Source of the DNA: Candidatus Dadabacteria bacterium | Lineage (GTDB): Bacteria > Desulfobacterota_D > UBA1144 > Nemesobacterales > CSP1-2 | Assembly (NCBI GenBank): GCA_963805855.1 | Contig: CAWDVW010000009.1 | Coordinates: 1-28,840, forward strand | DNA length: 28,840 nt | Direction: 5' to 3' | Part shown: positions 28,360 through 28,840 of the stretch, in pieces | How positions within the stretch are numbered: the stretch's first letter is position 1 | Layout: each line of letters begins with the position of its first letter | Position numbers and translations under genes: made by a program | Notes under the pieces: generated by a model | Told to the model about the DNA's origin: nothing | The model's database searches: none | What the model saw: only the letters and a program-made list of their open reading frames with translations

Positions 28360-28840
28360 CTACGCCTGCGCGGGCTTGGCCGCCGGCATCCTGATGCTGC
28401 GCCCGGCGCCTGCCGGCACCGGCAGCTTGGCATGCGCTTCCTTCATCGCCGCCAGCCGGCGCAGCACGTCGTCGGGCAAGGGCGCCACCTTCTTCGCCGT
28501 CATATCGACGTGCAGCGTCATGTTCTCGGAGGTGGCCGACACCCAGCCTTCCTCGGCGTGCTTGAGCGTTTCGAAATAATGAATGCGCTTGGCATCGAAA
28601 TCGAGCAGCTGGAACTCCACCCGCACCGGATCGCCTTCATGGATTTCGCGCAAATAGCGCACGTGCACCTCGGCGGTGAAGGTCGAGTGCCCGCTGCGTT
28701 TGAGGTAGCTCGGCCCGATGCCCAACTGCTCGTAGACCTCGTCCACCCGCGGTCGAACAGCACGTTGTAATAGGCCATGTTGAGATGGCCGTTATAGTCG
28801 ATCCATTGCGGCTCGACCTTCATGACCGAGGAGACGAAGG
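28360..28840 (-). CDS. Hotdog-fold (4HBT-like) thioesterase; start lies beyond the window edge; one-base frameshift near 28746-28749
   Basis: WIDYNGHLNMAYYNVLFDR (ORF 28518-28823) continues into VDEVYEQLG...FTAEVHVRYLREI...LHVDM (ORF 28360-28746). Confidence 0.82.

Noticed and set aside
28018-28770. 250-aa plus-strand ORF
   Set aside because: It crosses the GC junction and is the antisense shadow of the DsbA-like and thioesterase genes. Only the first ~8 codons look genuine. MPKIQKLD recalls MutL N-termini but is too short to call.

Overview
Most of the window (375-24765, all minus strand) is a ~24 kb surface-glycan biosynthesis cluster. It encodes a UDP-HexNAc dehydrogenase, a UDP-uronate 4-epimerase, a second SDR epimerase, WecB, an AsnB-type amidotransferase, several GT2/GT4 glycosyltransferases (some highly divergent), a TagF-like phosphotransferase, a deacetylase fused to an unknown domain, a formyltransferase-like/beta-propeller fusion and an MsbA/PglK-type ABC exporter. 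Upstream is an rve/DDE insertion sequence (~24939-26355) with paired ~27-bp subterminal repeats, flanked by a 9-bp direct repeat (ATTGCAAGT). The palindromic TTGCAA core of that repeat sits as the -35 box of an outward-facing sigma70-like promoter on both sides, which is the most unusual signal found. A znuC/znuB-like metal ABC pair follows. At ~28040 the sequence switches abruptly to high-GC DNA with genes truncated on both sides, probably a chimeric join. Seven single-base frameshifts suggest indel errors in the sequence. All calls come from reading motifs by eye; no searches were run.
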